Source: an uncultured bacterium
GTDB lineage: Bacteria > Desulfobacterota_D > UBA1144 > Nemesobacterales > UBA2774
DNA: 64,000 bases
Assembly: GCA_963825135.1 (NCBI GenBank)
Contig: CAWGRW010000009.1
Location: 1,248,001-1,312,000, forward strand
Reading direction: 5' to 3'
Part shown: positions 10,109-19,655 of the stretch, piece by piece
Layout: each line of letters starts with the position of its first letter
Numbering within the stretch: the first letter of the stretch is position 1
Made by a program: the position numbers and the translations under genes
The notes under the pieces: model-generated
Databases searched by the model: none
The model's input: the letters and a program-made list of their open reading frames with translations, nothing else
What the model was told of the DNA's origin: nothing

Positions 10109-13100
10109 TCAATGATTCTTGAAGTCGATCGTATCGTTCAGGACGCCGTGGATGGCTTTGCTCAGCAGTTCGATGTTATATGGTTTCGTTACCACGCCCT
10201 TAAACCCGTATTCCCCGAATTTTGACATCACCGGGTCGTTTGAATAACCGCTCGACACGATCGACCTGACTGCCGGGTCTATTTCCATCAGTTTCTTTTG
10301 AGCCTCCTCGCCCCCCATCCCGCCGGGCACTGTGAGGTCGATCATTACAGCATCGTACGGAGCTCCTGAATTCATTGCTTTAGCATATTTTTCGATTGCT
10401 TCGTGACCGTCGGACGCGTACTCGACTTCGTATCCCAGCTGGCTGATCATTTCTCCCGCTACCTCCCTCACCATCTGCTCGTCGTCCATTATAAGTATTC
10501 TCCCGTAACCCGTAAGTATATTCACCGGGCTCTCGCCGGAGCTGGGCTTTCCCGCGGCAGCCGGCAGATAAATATCGAACCTTGAGCCTTCGCCGATCTT
10601 CGAAGAGACCTCGATATGCCCCTGGTGGTTTTTGACGATCGAATATACGGTAGCCAATCCCAGCCCGCTCCCCCTCTGTTTAGTCGTGAAATAAGGGTCG
10701 AATATTCTGTCTATGAGCTCTTCCGTCATTCCGATTCCGGTATCCCGTATCGCAATGTTCAGGTACCTGCACACTCCCGGATGGTTATCGTTCTTCACGC
10801 CCCGCTCCACGTTGGTTGCGTTCACCTGGATGATACCCCCGTCGGGCATGGCCTGGTCGGAGTTGATTATGAGGTTGTGAATGACCTGACTTATCTGACC
10901 TTCGTCCACTTCCACCGGCCACAGGTCGTCATCTATCTCGAATTGACACTTGACCTTCGATCCGCTGACGACGAAATTGGCCGTGTCCATAATCAGATCG
11001 CCCAGCGATTTTACGAATTCCTTTACGGGGGCCCCCCCTTTGGAGAACGTCAGCAGCTGCGAGGTCAGGTCTCTGGCCCTGAAGGATGCATTCTCCGCTT
11101 CCGTCAATCTTCCGTAGATTTTGTCTTTCGGGTCGAGTTTCATTTTCGATACCGAAATATTACCCAGGATAACCGTGAGTAGATTATTGAAATCGTGAGC
11201 TATCCCTCCGGCCAGGACCCCGAGTGACTCGAGTTTCTCCGCTTTGAAAAGCTCCTCCTCGAATCTCTTCCTGTCCGTAATGTCCCGGGATACGATGACG
11301 CACCTCGTCTCCCCGCTCACGGTATCGACGGTCTGGCCCGTGCTCTCAAACCATCTCCAGTTTCCGTTCTTGTGCCTGTATCTGAAAACCGCTTTCCCCG
11401 GGGTCTGGCTCCCTATTACCCTGCTGAATTCCTTCAGGGCGAGCGGGAGATCGCCCGGATGAATATTCTCGAAAATATTTCTGCCCATGAGCTCTTCAGG
11501 CTTATATCCGAGTACTTCCTCGTGCTTCGGGCTCAGATAAATGAACCTTCCGTCCGCGCTTGTCTCGACGATCAGGTCGTTTATATTTTCAACCAGGGTC
11601 CGGTACCTGTTCGCGCTCTCTTTAAGCATGTCCTCGGCGTTCTTAAGGTCGGTTATGTCTTCCACCACCGACATTCCTCCCACGATATTGCCTTGTGCGT
11701 CCTTGAGGGGCGAAGCGGAGACAAGTATATAATTCTCTATGTCGCCCGTAGTTGATTTGTAATGACCCTCGTGTCTCGATTTCTGTCCCTGAACTGCCTG
11801 TTCGTGAATGTAATTGAACGATTTGTCTCTCAGCTCGTTTATATCGAGGCCGATTATCTTGTCACGTGAGGAGTGCATTATCTCGGCGTGGCGCTCGTTG
11901 ACGTTTGTAATGATCAAGTCTTTATCGTACGTATATACCCCGATGGGCGTTTGCTCGAAAAGCGTTCTGTATCTCTCTTCGGATTCCTTTAGGGCCCCGG
12001 CTCGGCGGGCGTTGTTAACGGCGATCTCTATCTGAGCCGCTATGATTTCAAGCAGGTCGAGCTCGTCCTTGTCGAATGCGTTCTTCCTGAGTGAATTTAT
12101 ATCTATGCAGCCGATGGTCTTACCGTCATATTTTATGGGCATTGAAGCGTAGCTCTTAGTACCAACTTCTTTTCCCGCCGGACCTATAACGTCATCGGTT
12201 TCTGCATCCTGACAATAAAGCAGCTTCTCCTCTATGAGTGCTTTCCAGGTAAAACCTTTCGGGTATGGAATTTTATTCGCCAGTCTGACAAATAAGTCCG
12301 GGTATCCCCGGTAAGCTTTAAGTACAGCTATATTTCCTTCGATAAAGTAGATAGCTACGTAGTCGGCGCTTTCCAGATTCTTGTTCATCGCGTCGACCGC
12401 GTTTTCGAGGACTTCCTGTATGTTTATGGAGCTATGAACACTCCTTGTGATCGTTCCGATAATTTCTTCGTATCTTTTTTTCTTGGATAATTCCCCTAAT
12501 TTTTGTTTAATGTCCTCCTCGGACTTTTTCAGCGCCTCGACTTGTCTTGCGTTCTTAATGGCCGATTCCAGCTGCCTGGCCACGATCTGGAGCATGTCGA
12601 GGTCTTCTGTGGAGAACCGGTTCTTTTCCTGAGAATGAATATGTATGCAGCCGACGGTCGTGCCGTCGGACTGTATGGGCATGGACAAGTAGCTCTTCGT
12701 TCCGAACTCTTTTCCCGCGGGGCCTAATGCGTTATCTTCGTCGGTGTCGGGTACATACCTGGGTTTCCCCTCCAGGATCGTTTTCCACGTCGCGCCTTTG
12801 GGATAGGGAATTCTTCTTACGCGCTCTATGTACCAGTCCGTGTGTCCCCTGTCCGCCATTAATACCGCATCATTCCCCTCGACGACGAAAATAACCACAT
12901 TGCTGGCCCCTTCCACATTTTTGTTCAGCGCATCCACTGCGTTTTCGAATACCTCCTGCAAGTCGAGTGATTTGTGCAAGCTTTCCGTTACTGCGCGGAC
13001 GATGGATTCATACCTGTTCTTTTTGGACAGCAGCTCGACGTGCCGGCTCAGGTCCTCTTCCCTTTTTCTCGACTCGGTTATATCGATAACGTCGGCTATG

Positions 13101-14410
13101 AATACCTTCCTGCCTTTGAAGCCCGATACCTGCAGATACGTTTCGACCGGATACAGCGTGCCGTCCTTTCGCCGGTGCACGCCTTCGACCCTTATTTTTT
13201 TACGGTCGCCGGAAATCAGGGGTTCGACTTTGCCGAAGAAGTCCGGCGTGAGGTCGGGGTTTATATCAACTGGGTCGAGATCGAGAAATTCATCGGATGT
13301 ATATCCGAGGTTGAGTCTGGCGCCCTTATTCACCTGGAGGAACTTGTACGATTCCGCATCGAAAATATAAATCTCATTCAGGGATTCTTCGAGGATTTCA
13401 CCGAAACTCTTGGCGAGTTCCTGCGTTTTCATCCGCTCGATTGCAATCCGGGCCAGGTTCGTCGCCGTTTCTATGATCTTTTTTTCACGAGAGCTCGGGG
13501 AATTGGTGTGGTCGTAGTACATGGCGAATGTGCCGAGGACATTCTTATCGGTCGATATTATGGGGGTGGACCAGCAGGCTTTGAGATCGTGCTTTAATGC
13601 CAGGTGTTTGTAATCCGCCCACAGCGGATCAGTTTCGATGTCGCTTACGATTACGGGCTTTTTCATGTAAGCCGCTGTACCGCACGAGCCGATAGAGGGC
13701 CCTATCTGCAGGCCGTCTATGGCTTTTATATATTCTTTCGGCAGGCTCGGCGCGGCGCCGTGCCTGAGATGTTTTCCCTTCTCGTCCACGAGGAGGAAGG
13801 AACAGAGCATTCCGGGCGACTGTATCTCTATTTCCCGGCATAAATAATCGAGGGTGCGGCTTAATGACGAGTTCCGCGTGATCATCTCGAGCACTTTATT
13901 TTCCGTATTCAGCGAGAATTCCGCGTTCTTCATTTCCGTGATGTCTTCGCATAATATATTTATGCAGGTTTTTCTATTGCCGGTGAGTGTCGCCACGGCG
14001 TTTTCACGGACCCAGATTAAACTGCCGTCTTTTTTAACCTTGCGTATCTCCCACGTGTGCACCTTGTTCGGGTTGTTCAGGCATTTTTTCAGCTGAGCGA
14101 GAACGCTTTTTCTATCCTCGGGATAAAACACGTTAAGGACAGGCTGCCCTATAAGTTCCCCCGCGGAGTAGCCGAGGTGCTCCGCGCCGATTGAATTCAC
14201 GGCTCTGACTATGCCTTCCCTGTCGATCGTGAAGTTCATGAGCGGGCTGAACTCATAAAATGATTTGTATAGTGATTGTTGGTCAGGCCCCGGACGGGAA
14301 TTTTTCTGCGAATGGCGGGAGCCGCCGCCGGGCCCGCCCGACGGTTTTCTTGCGCCTTTTAATTTTTCTTTATTCCCGTTTTTCGATTCGGATTTTCCCT
14401 GCGTTCTCAT
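10109..14410 (-). CDS. Hybrid sensor histidine kinase (PAS-GAF-PAS-GAF-GAF-PAS-PAS-HisKA-HATPase-REC)
   Basis: H-box GGIAHDFNNLL, DTGIG, FDPYFTTK, GSGLGL, C-terminal receiver ILIMDDE...DLTVP...KPY; repeated PAS ends (DITE/DITD). Confidence 0.92.
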   Translation of the reverse strand: MRTQGKSESKNGNKEKLKGARKPSGGPGGGSRHSQKNSRPGPDQQSLYKSFYEFSPLMNFTIDREGIVRAVNSIGAEHLGYSAGELIGQPVLNVFYPEDRKSVLAQLKKCLNNPNKVHTWEIRKVKKDGSLIWVRENAVATLTGNRKTCINILCEDITEMKNAEFSLNTENKVLEMITRNSSLSRTLDYLCREIEIQSPGMLCSFLLVDEKGKHLRHGAAPSLPKEYIKAIDGLQIGPSIGSCGTAAYMKKPVIVSDIETDPLWADYKHLALKHDLKACWSTPIISTDKNVLGTFAMYYDHTNSPSSREKKIIETATNLARIAIERMKTQELAKSFGEILEESLNEIYIFDAESYKFLQVNKGARLNLGYTSDEFLDLDPVDINPDLTPDFFGKVEPLISGDRKKIRVEGVHRRKDGTLYPVETYLQVSGFKGRKVFIADVIDITESRKREEDLSRHVELLSKKNRYESIVRAVTESLHKSLDLQEVFENAVDALNKNVEGASNVVIFVVEGNDAVLMADRGHTDWYIERVRRIPYPKGATWKTILEGKPRYVPDTDEDNALGPAGKEFGTKSYLSMPIQSDGTTVGCIHIHSQEKNRFSTEDLDMLQIVARQLESAIKNARQVEALKKSEEDIKQKLGELSKKKRYEEIIGTITRSVHSSINIQEVLENAVDAMNKNLESADYVAIYFIEGNIAVLKAYRGYPDLFVRLANKIPYPKGFTWKALIEEKLLYCQDAETDDVIGPAGKEVGTKSYASMPIKYDGKTIGCIDINSLRKNAFDKDELDLLEIIAAQIEIAVNNARRAGALKESEERYRTLFEQTPIGVYTYDKDLIITNVNERHAEIMHSSRDKIIGLDINELRDKSFNYIHEQAVQGQKSRHEGHYKSTTGDIENYILVSASPLKDAQGNIVGGMSVVEDITDLKNAEDMLKESANRYRTLVENINDLIVETSADGRFIYLSPKHEEVLGYKPEELMGRNIFENIHPGDLPLALKEFSRVIGSQTPGKAVFRYRHKNGNWRWFESTGQTVDTVSGETRCVIVSRDITDRKRFEEELFKAEKLESLGVLAGGIAHDFNNLLTVILGNISVSKMKLDPKDKIYGRLTEAENASFRARDLTSQLLTFSKGGAPVKEFVKSLGDLIMDTANFVVSGSKVKCQFEIDDDLWPVEVDEGQISQVIHNLIINSDQAMPDGGIIQVNATNVERGVKNDNHPGVCRYLNIAIRDTGIGMTEELIDRIFDPYFTTKQRGSGLGLATVYSIVKNHQGHIEVSSKIGEGSRFDIYLPAAAGKPSSGESPVNILTGYGRILIMDDEQMVREVAGEMISQLGYEVEYASDGHEAIEKYAKAMNSGAPYDAVMIDLTVPGGMGGEEAQKKLMEIDPAVRSIVSSGYSNDPVMSKFGEYGFKGVVTKPYNIELLSKAIHGVLNDTIDFKNH

Positions 14411-14704
14411 CGTCCCTCTAGGATGCGTTTAAGGGATATACCGGACTCCGTACGAGACTCCCCGCCGCTATGAGCCTTCTCATAGCCGCCCGGAAATAAA
14501 GACCGAATAACCATGAACAAATTATAATCCCATTCCGGTCACAATTGGCAGAATATTTGCAGGTGCATATTCTTAATAATGATGGTTGATTGCCGTTACG
14601 CCGGATGGGTGTTCGGCCGGGCGAATTGGATCATGTATCGATGGGAAAAACTTGTTATATATCCGCAATGGGAATCGTGATATCCCGTCTCCGCCGGCTG
14701 GCAA

Positions 14705-16402
14705 TCACCAGGACCCGCCCCCGCCCCCGCCGAAACCCCCGCCGCTCGACCCGCCTCCGCCTAATCCGCTCCCGCCCGACTTCCTCGGGGTTGACGACAG
14801 CGAGCTGTTCATCGCCCCCAGGCTTCTGCCGAGGTCCGAGACGAACATGTTCGGCGAAAACGAGTTTCCATAGTTGGGGGAGGAATACCAGGACGGCGGC
14901 TCCCTGTACATGTCCCGGAACGCACTTGCCCACTTGTCCTCCAGTCCGAAAACGAGAGCGAAGGGGAGTACCCTGTCGAACAGCGTCGGGTCGTCCTTTG
15001 CCAGCGCCTCGATCCTGTCCTTCTCAGCCCTGTCGATGAATTCCCTGAACCCGAGGAGCTCTTCGTTGAGGAGCGCTCCCTCCCGGGTTTTTCTCGGCAT
15101 ATACCTCGACGATACGAGTATTATCAACCCCGAAAGAGCGATCGAGATTTTCAGAAGGAAGTTGCTGAAAAGCACAAAGGCCAATATAAGAATTACTATT
15201 CCAATCCACTTGTAAATGCCCTTCACCTTCTCCGGGTCGGCAGGGAAATATTTCTTGCCGACGAGCTCATCGTAGAGCGCCTTTTTTATGGGAGGCAGCT
15301 CGGTGTAAAATTTGTCCCTGAGGTCTGAGACCAGGACTTTTTCCTTGCCCTTGAAGATGCCGGAAAAAATCTTCTCTTCGTGAGGCTTTAATTCGCCCTG
15401 ACCCGGCTCCTTGGTTTTTATCAGCCTGTAATCCCTGTCCGAGAAGAAAAAGAATTTCGTGCTTTCGGTTTCTTCGATCTTGAGATAACCCCTCACGGCG
15501 AGGTCTATTATCGTGGAGGTGATGTCGAGTATGTCGGCTCTTTCGTCGACGAGCGTCCCTGCTTCGGCGGGGGTCAGGTCCTTGGGGGGCTCATATCTTA
15601 CCGTGATGACGCCCTTTCCCTCGGGGTCTCTCCCGCGGGTGCTCCACAAATACGCTATAACGAAAAAGGTGAGAAACGGGAGCCCGAAATACCAGTTGTC
15701 TGTGAGGAACCATATCGCCTTCGTCATTGGCGAGGGCTCCTCGATCAGCCCCTTGGGCACTCCCACAACGATGGTGAGTCCCTGACCGGCCCAGAGCGAG
15801 CTCCTGGCCAAAAAGTTTACCATCCCCGGTGTAATCTTATAATTGCATTCCTTATCTGTCGAGCCCCTCCCCCCTGTATAACATTCGGCCTTTACCCCCT
15901 CACTCGTCTGTTCATCGAAAGAGACGCCGGCGCTCGCTCTCAATATCGAGATTGTCCATTCGTCGCCCGTTACGTTCCAGTACAGCTCGTCGTGGTCTTC
16001 AAAAAACGCTATCGCCCCCCTCACCGTATATTCGATCCTGTATCCGTGCACGCCTGTCACGGTCGTATCCGGATCGCCGATCCTGATGTGGATATTTCCT
16101 CCGGAGGTGCTGACTTCGTATTTGTACGGGTCACCGTCGAAATCGGTGACGTCCTTAACGTCGAGCTTGATGCTGTACCTTTTGTAACCGAAGTCGTAGT
16201 TGTACGGGATGTCCCTGTAAATGCCGTGCCGCTCGGCGTATTGAAAGTCGTACTCTATATCTTCACGCACGTCTATGGTGCCGTCGCGCTTTATGGATAT
16301 TTCGGAGTGAAAGTTCTTTATTTCCTCCGCCCGGGCCCCGGCGGAAAACGATAAGCACAGGATGGAGGCAATCAATAATATCAGGGCTGTTAATCTACTC
16401 AT
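14705..16402 (-). CDS. DUF2207-family membrane protein
   Basis: Signal peptide, HGIYRDIP, DELYWNVTG, TIIDLAVRGYL, LPFALVFG and Gly-rich tail GGGFGGGGGGSW; downstream of lemA. Confidence 0.88.
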   Translation of the reverse strand: MSRLTALILLIASILCLSFSAGARAEEIKNFHSEISIKRDGTIDVREDIEYDFQYAERHGIYRDIPYNYDFGYKRYSIKLDVKDVTDFDGDPYKYEVSTSGGNIHIRIGDPDTTVTGVHGYRIEYTVRGAIAFFEDHDELYWNVTGDEWTISILRASAGVSFDEQTSEGVKAECYTGGRGSTDKECNYKITPGMVNFLARSSLWAGQGLTIVVGVPKGLIEEPSPMTKAIWFLTDNWYFGLPFLTFFVIAYLWSTRGRDPEGKGVITVRYEPPKDLTPAEAGTLVDERADILDITSTIIDLAVRGYLKIEETESTKFFFFSDRDYRLIKTKEPGQGELKPHEEKIFSGIFKGKEKVLVSDLRDKFYTELPPIKKALYDELVGKKYFPADPEKVKGIYKWIGIVILILAFVLFSNFLLKISIALSGLIILVSSRYMPRKTREGALLNEELLGFREFIDRAEKDRIEALAKDDPTLFDRVLPFALVFGLEDKWASAFRDMYREPPSWYSSPNYGNSFSPNMFVSDLGRSLGAMNSSLSSTPRKSGGSGLGGGGSSGGGFGGGGGGSW

Positions 16403-16427
16403 CTGGAGGAGTGTCCGTTTCAGACGC

Positions 16428-16985
16428 CTAGCTGAAACTCACCTGAGGGGCCTTTCTTTCCTCGGCCGATTCGAGCTCAAAAAACTCTTTCTTCTGGAAG
16501 TTGAACGCGCTCGCGACGAAGTTGCTCGGCACGGACTCTATTTTCGTGTTCAGGTCCCTCACTACGGCGTTATAGTAGCGGCGGGCTAGCTGGATCTGCT
16601 CCTCAATATTTGCAAGCTCCGTCTGGAGCTGTATGAAGTTCTGGTTCGCCTTGAGGTCGGGGTACGCTTCGGCAAGGGCGAAGAGGCTCTTTAACGTCGA
16701 TTGCAGAAAATTCTCCGCCTGCGCCTTGTCAACGGGTGTAGCGGCCTGCATCGCCTGGTTTCTCGCCTGCACCACCTTCTCGAACGTTTCTTTTTCGTGC
16801 GAAGCGTAGCCCTTCACGGTTTCTACAAGGTTCGGGACTAGGTCGTATCTCCTTTTAAGCTGCACGTCTACATCGGACCACGCCTGTTCGGACATGTTCC
16901 TCAATCGTACAAGCCCGTTATAGATGCCGATTAACGCGAATACCACGAGAGCGATTATTACGAGCAGTATCAGGAACGAAGACAT
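16428..16985 (-). CDS. lemA: LemA family protein
   Basis: N-terminal TM, YNGLV, AWSDVDVQLKRRYDLVPNLVETVKGYASHE, AYPDLKANQNF. ATG at 16985 follows a GGAGGGAG SD. Confidence 0.93.
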   Translation of the reverse strand: MSSFLILLVIIALVVFALIGIYNGLVRLRNMSEQAWSDVDVQLKRRYDLVPNLVETVKGYASHEKETFEKVVQARNQAMQAATPVDKAQAENFLQSTLKSLFALAEAYPDLKANQNFIQLQTELANIEEQIQLARRYYNAVVRDLNTKIESVPSNFVASAFNFQKKEFFELESAEERKAPQVSFS

Positions 16986-17160
16986 ATCTTTCTCCCTCCA
17001 CAATAGCCGGATAGATTTACAAAGATTATCTGTTAATTGTTAATGCCGGATAAATTATAAATCAATTTGAAGCCGGAGGCGAAGGAATTTTAATGAAGAT
17101 GAAATACCGGCCCGAATGTCCCTGTTCTACGCCGGAAAGGCCGAGAGAACATGGCGCTCT

Positions 17161-18384
17161 TTACCAGAGGGGATTGAACGTAAGCCCCGAGAGTATCTTG
17201 GGGTAAAAATACGTGGTCTTGTGGGGCATCCTTTCACCGGTCATTACGACCTCGAATATGTCGTTTGCCTTGAGTTCGGGGAGAATGAAAGCGAGCTCGT
17301 ACTCGCCATTCCTCACGAGCTCAAGAGCCTCGTCCGTATACTTCGTATAGAAAATACCGGATTTTTCCTCGTTCAGGATTTTCTTAAACACTATGTTGTG
17401 CAGCAGCATAACTCCCAACCTGGCATACCCGGGAAGCGCGGTTTTCGGCGCAGATACCCGGTAGACGGATCCGGTATCTTTAGTGACAACCGTAAATTCT
17501 TCGTATCCCATGTCCGAGAGTCCTTGTTTATACGGCATCTTCTCAACGGTAAACTCGCCCGCGAGCTTCGCCAGAAAACCGTCGGTTGTATACTGATCAA
17601 GGTTTTTAACGACCCTGTGCGTGGGGTTGATAATCAGTCCTTTGCCTTCCCCCCTCGCTATATACATCATAACGTATTCGAAGGGCTCTTCCCCGGCCCC
17701 GTCCCTTTTTCCCCTCTGTATATCCCTGTATTCGAGAGCCGTTTCGTACCTGTGATGGCCGTCTGCTATAAGGAAGCTCATGTCGGCCATTTTTTCGGTT
17801 ACGGACGCGATCGTCCCGGAGTCCGAGATCTTCCATAATCTGTTTCTTATGCCGTCCTTGTATACGACGTCGAATAACGGCTTTTCCGGGAGCTTCTCGT
17901 CTATCAGCTTCTCGATAGAACCCTCCGGGTCGGAATAAACAGAGAATACGGGGCTCATATTGGCTTTACACGCTGTGTTTAGCTTGAGTCTGTCGAGCTT
18001 ATGTTTAGGAAACGTCATTTCGTGGGGGAGGATCTTTTTTGTAGAGAAATCTTCGAGCTTAACCCTGGCAATGAACCCTTTGCGGGTGAACTTCTTTCCG
18101 CCTTCCTCGAAATCCTGATAATAGGGATAGATACTCGGCTCCGTGTCCTGGATTAGCGTGTCGTCGAGAAACCAGTCCCTGAATGTTTTTGCCGACCGTT
18201 CGTATTTACTATCCCCCTCTCCTTTGGGGAGGATGAGGCGGATTACATTCCGGGGATTCGCTTCGTGGAACTCTTCCTGCTCGCCGGGACTGATTACGTC
18301 GTAGGGGGGCGCAAGGATACTTCCGAAATCATCAATTTTGTCCGGATTATACCTTATTCCCTTGAACCCTCTTACAGTCGGCAT
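17161..18384 (-). CDS. DUF1015-family protein
   Basis: APPYDVI, ILPHE, IADGHHRYETA and MPHKTTYFYPK motifs; start overlaps the tsaC stop (TGATG). Confidence 0.88.
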   Translation of the reverse strand: MPTVRGFKGIRYNPDKIDDFGSILAPPYDVISPGEQEEFHEANPRNVIRLILPKGEGDSKYERSAKTFRDWFLDDTLIQDTEPSIYPYYQDFEEGGKKFTRKGFIARVKLEDFSTKKILPHEMTFPKHKLDRLKLNTACKANMSPVFSVYSDPEGSIEKLIDEKLPEKPLFDVVYKDGIRNRLWKISDSGTIASVTEKMADMSFLIADGHHRYETALEYRDIQRGKRDGAGEEPFEYVMMYIARGEGKGLIINPTHRVVKNLDQYTTDGFLAKLAGEFTVEKMPYKQGLSDMGYEEFTVVTKDTGSVYRVSAPKTALPGYARLGVMLLHNIVFKKILNEEKSGIFYTKYTDEALELVRNGEYELAFILPELKANDIFEVVMTGERMPHKTTYFYPKILSGLTFNPLW

Positions 18385-19001
18385 CAGAAAAACTCCTTTA
18401 ATTTACGGAAGGTTATGTCTCCCTCTCTTATTATTTCGGGGGGAGTCGTCGTCGCGTCAACCACTGTAGACCCCTTCGAGGGCGGAATGTTACCAGAATC
18501 TATTATAAGTTCAACCTTGCCGTTGAACGCATCATGGATATCTTGGAACTCGATCAGGTTCACGCCGCCGCTCGGGTTGGCGCTTGTCGAGGTGATCGGG
18601 CCGTCCAGGTTGTTAAATAGCCTTATTACGAAAGGGTGAGCGGAAACCCTCACGGCCGCTTTTCCGGTCCCCGCCGTGATAACCTCCGGGAGCTTCCCTT
18701 TTTCCCTTAGTACGAGCGTAAGCGGCCCCGGCCAGAAATTCTCCGCAAGGGAGGCGGCCGTTTCGTTGAATTCGACCACTTCTTCAAGCATTTTCATATC
18801 CCTTCCCAGTACAGGGATAGGACTGCCGTGGGGCCGTCCTTTGATCTCGAATACCCTGCCCGCGGATTTCTCGCTCGACGCGAGGGCCCCGATCCCGTAC
18901 AGCGTCTCGGTCGGGTATATGATTATTCCGCCGCTTTTTAGAGCCGAGGCTGCTTTCCCGGGCGCTGCCGGGTCGGAGGCCTTGACGATTTCCGTCTTAA
19001 T
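18384..19001 (-). CDS. tsaC: L-threonylcarbamoyladenylate synthase (Sua5/YrdC/TsaC), apparent non-canonical start
   Basis: The frame upstream of the track's ATG (18797) encodes YPTETLYGIGA and IKGRP; downstream are FWPGPLTLVL, TSTSANPSG and STVVD. Start proposed at ATT 19001 (MKTEIVK...); exact start uncertain. Confidence 0.88.
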   Translation of the reverse strand: MKTEIVKASDPAAPGKAASALKSGGIIIYPTETLYGIGALASSEKSAGRVFEIKGRPHGSPIPVLGRDMKMLEEVVEFNETAASLAENFWPGPLTLVLREKGKLPEVITAGTGKAAVRVSAHPFVIRLFNNLDGPITSTSANPSGGVNLIEFQDIHDAFNGKVELIIDSGNIPPSKGSTVVDATTTPPEIIREGDITFRKLKEFF

Positions 19002-19203
19002 TATTGATCTATCGATTACGCTCTATCCCCGCCTGCCGAGCTTCATCCCATGCCCGTTACGAACCCCGGAAATCCGGACAAACACCTCCAATCCGGGGCT
19101 ATCTGTATAGAGATTTAACATATCGTCTTTATATTTAGTTTTCAAGGATGCGCAAGGTGTCTTTAAATTATGATTTTCTTTCGGTATATTGTATTGGTTA
19201 AAC

Positions 19204-19234
19204 TTGACAAAGCGGTCGGGATGGTTATTTTAAT
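19204..19234 (+). promoter_or_regulatory. Probable sigma70-type promoter of groESL
   Basis: TTGACA at 19204-19209 followed by AT-rich TATTTT/TTTAAT -10 candidates; no CIRCE repeat seen. Confidence 0.5.
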
Positions 19235-19322
19235 TCGCGGCACGAAAGCTTATTAGAGTAAACACTGTAATTCCAGCCATTTATAAATTTCATATAATAA
19301 CCTTGTAAGGAGGAAGTTTACA

Positions 19323-19610
19323 ATGAAGGTAAGGCCACTGCACGATAAGGTTTTGATTGAGAGACTTGATACCGAGGAAACTACAAAAGGCGGTATTATC
19401 ATTCCCGATACCGCGAAAGAAAAGCCGCAGGAAGGCAAGGTAGTAGCGGTCGGGACCGGGAGAATCCTCGAAGACGGTACGAAAAAGCCGCTTGAGATAA
19501 AGAAAGGGGACAAGGTTCTCTTCAACAAGTACGGGGCGATCGACATTACTATAGACGGAGAGGATTACCTTATACTCAGGGAAGAAGACATATTAGCTAT
19601 AGTTGATTGA
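19323..19610 (+). CDS. groES: Co-chaperonin GroES
   Basis: [43 protein letters not shown]. Confidence 0.98.
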   Translation: MKVRPLHDKVLIERLDTEETTKGGIIIPDTAKEKPQEGKVVAVGTGRILEDGTKKPLEIKKGDKVLFNKYGAIDITIDGEDYLILREEDILAIVD

Positions 19611-19655
19611 AAAAATCGAAGTGCATAGAAAACATCTTAGGAGGTCACACAAGCA

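Noticed and set aside
14467..14486. GCTATGAG-CCTT-CTCATAGC hairpin in the kinase leader as a riboswitch
   Set aside because: A single 8-bp stem with no recognisable aptamer or terminator tract; insufficient evidence.
19200..19322. CIRCE/HrcA operator upstream of groES
   Set aside because: No TTAGCACTC-N9-GAGTGCTAA-like inverted repeat is present.
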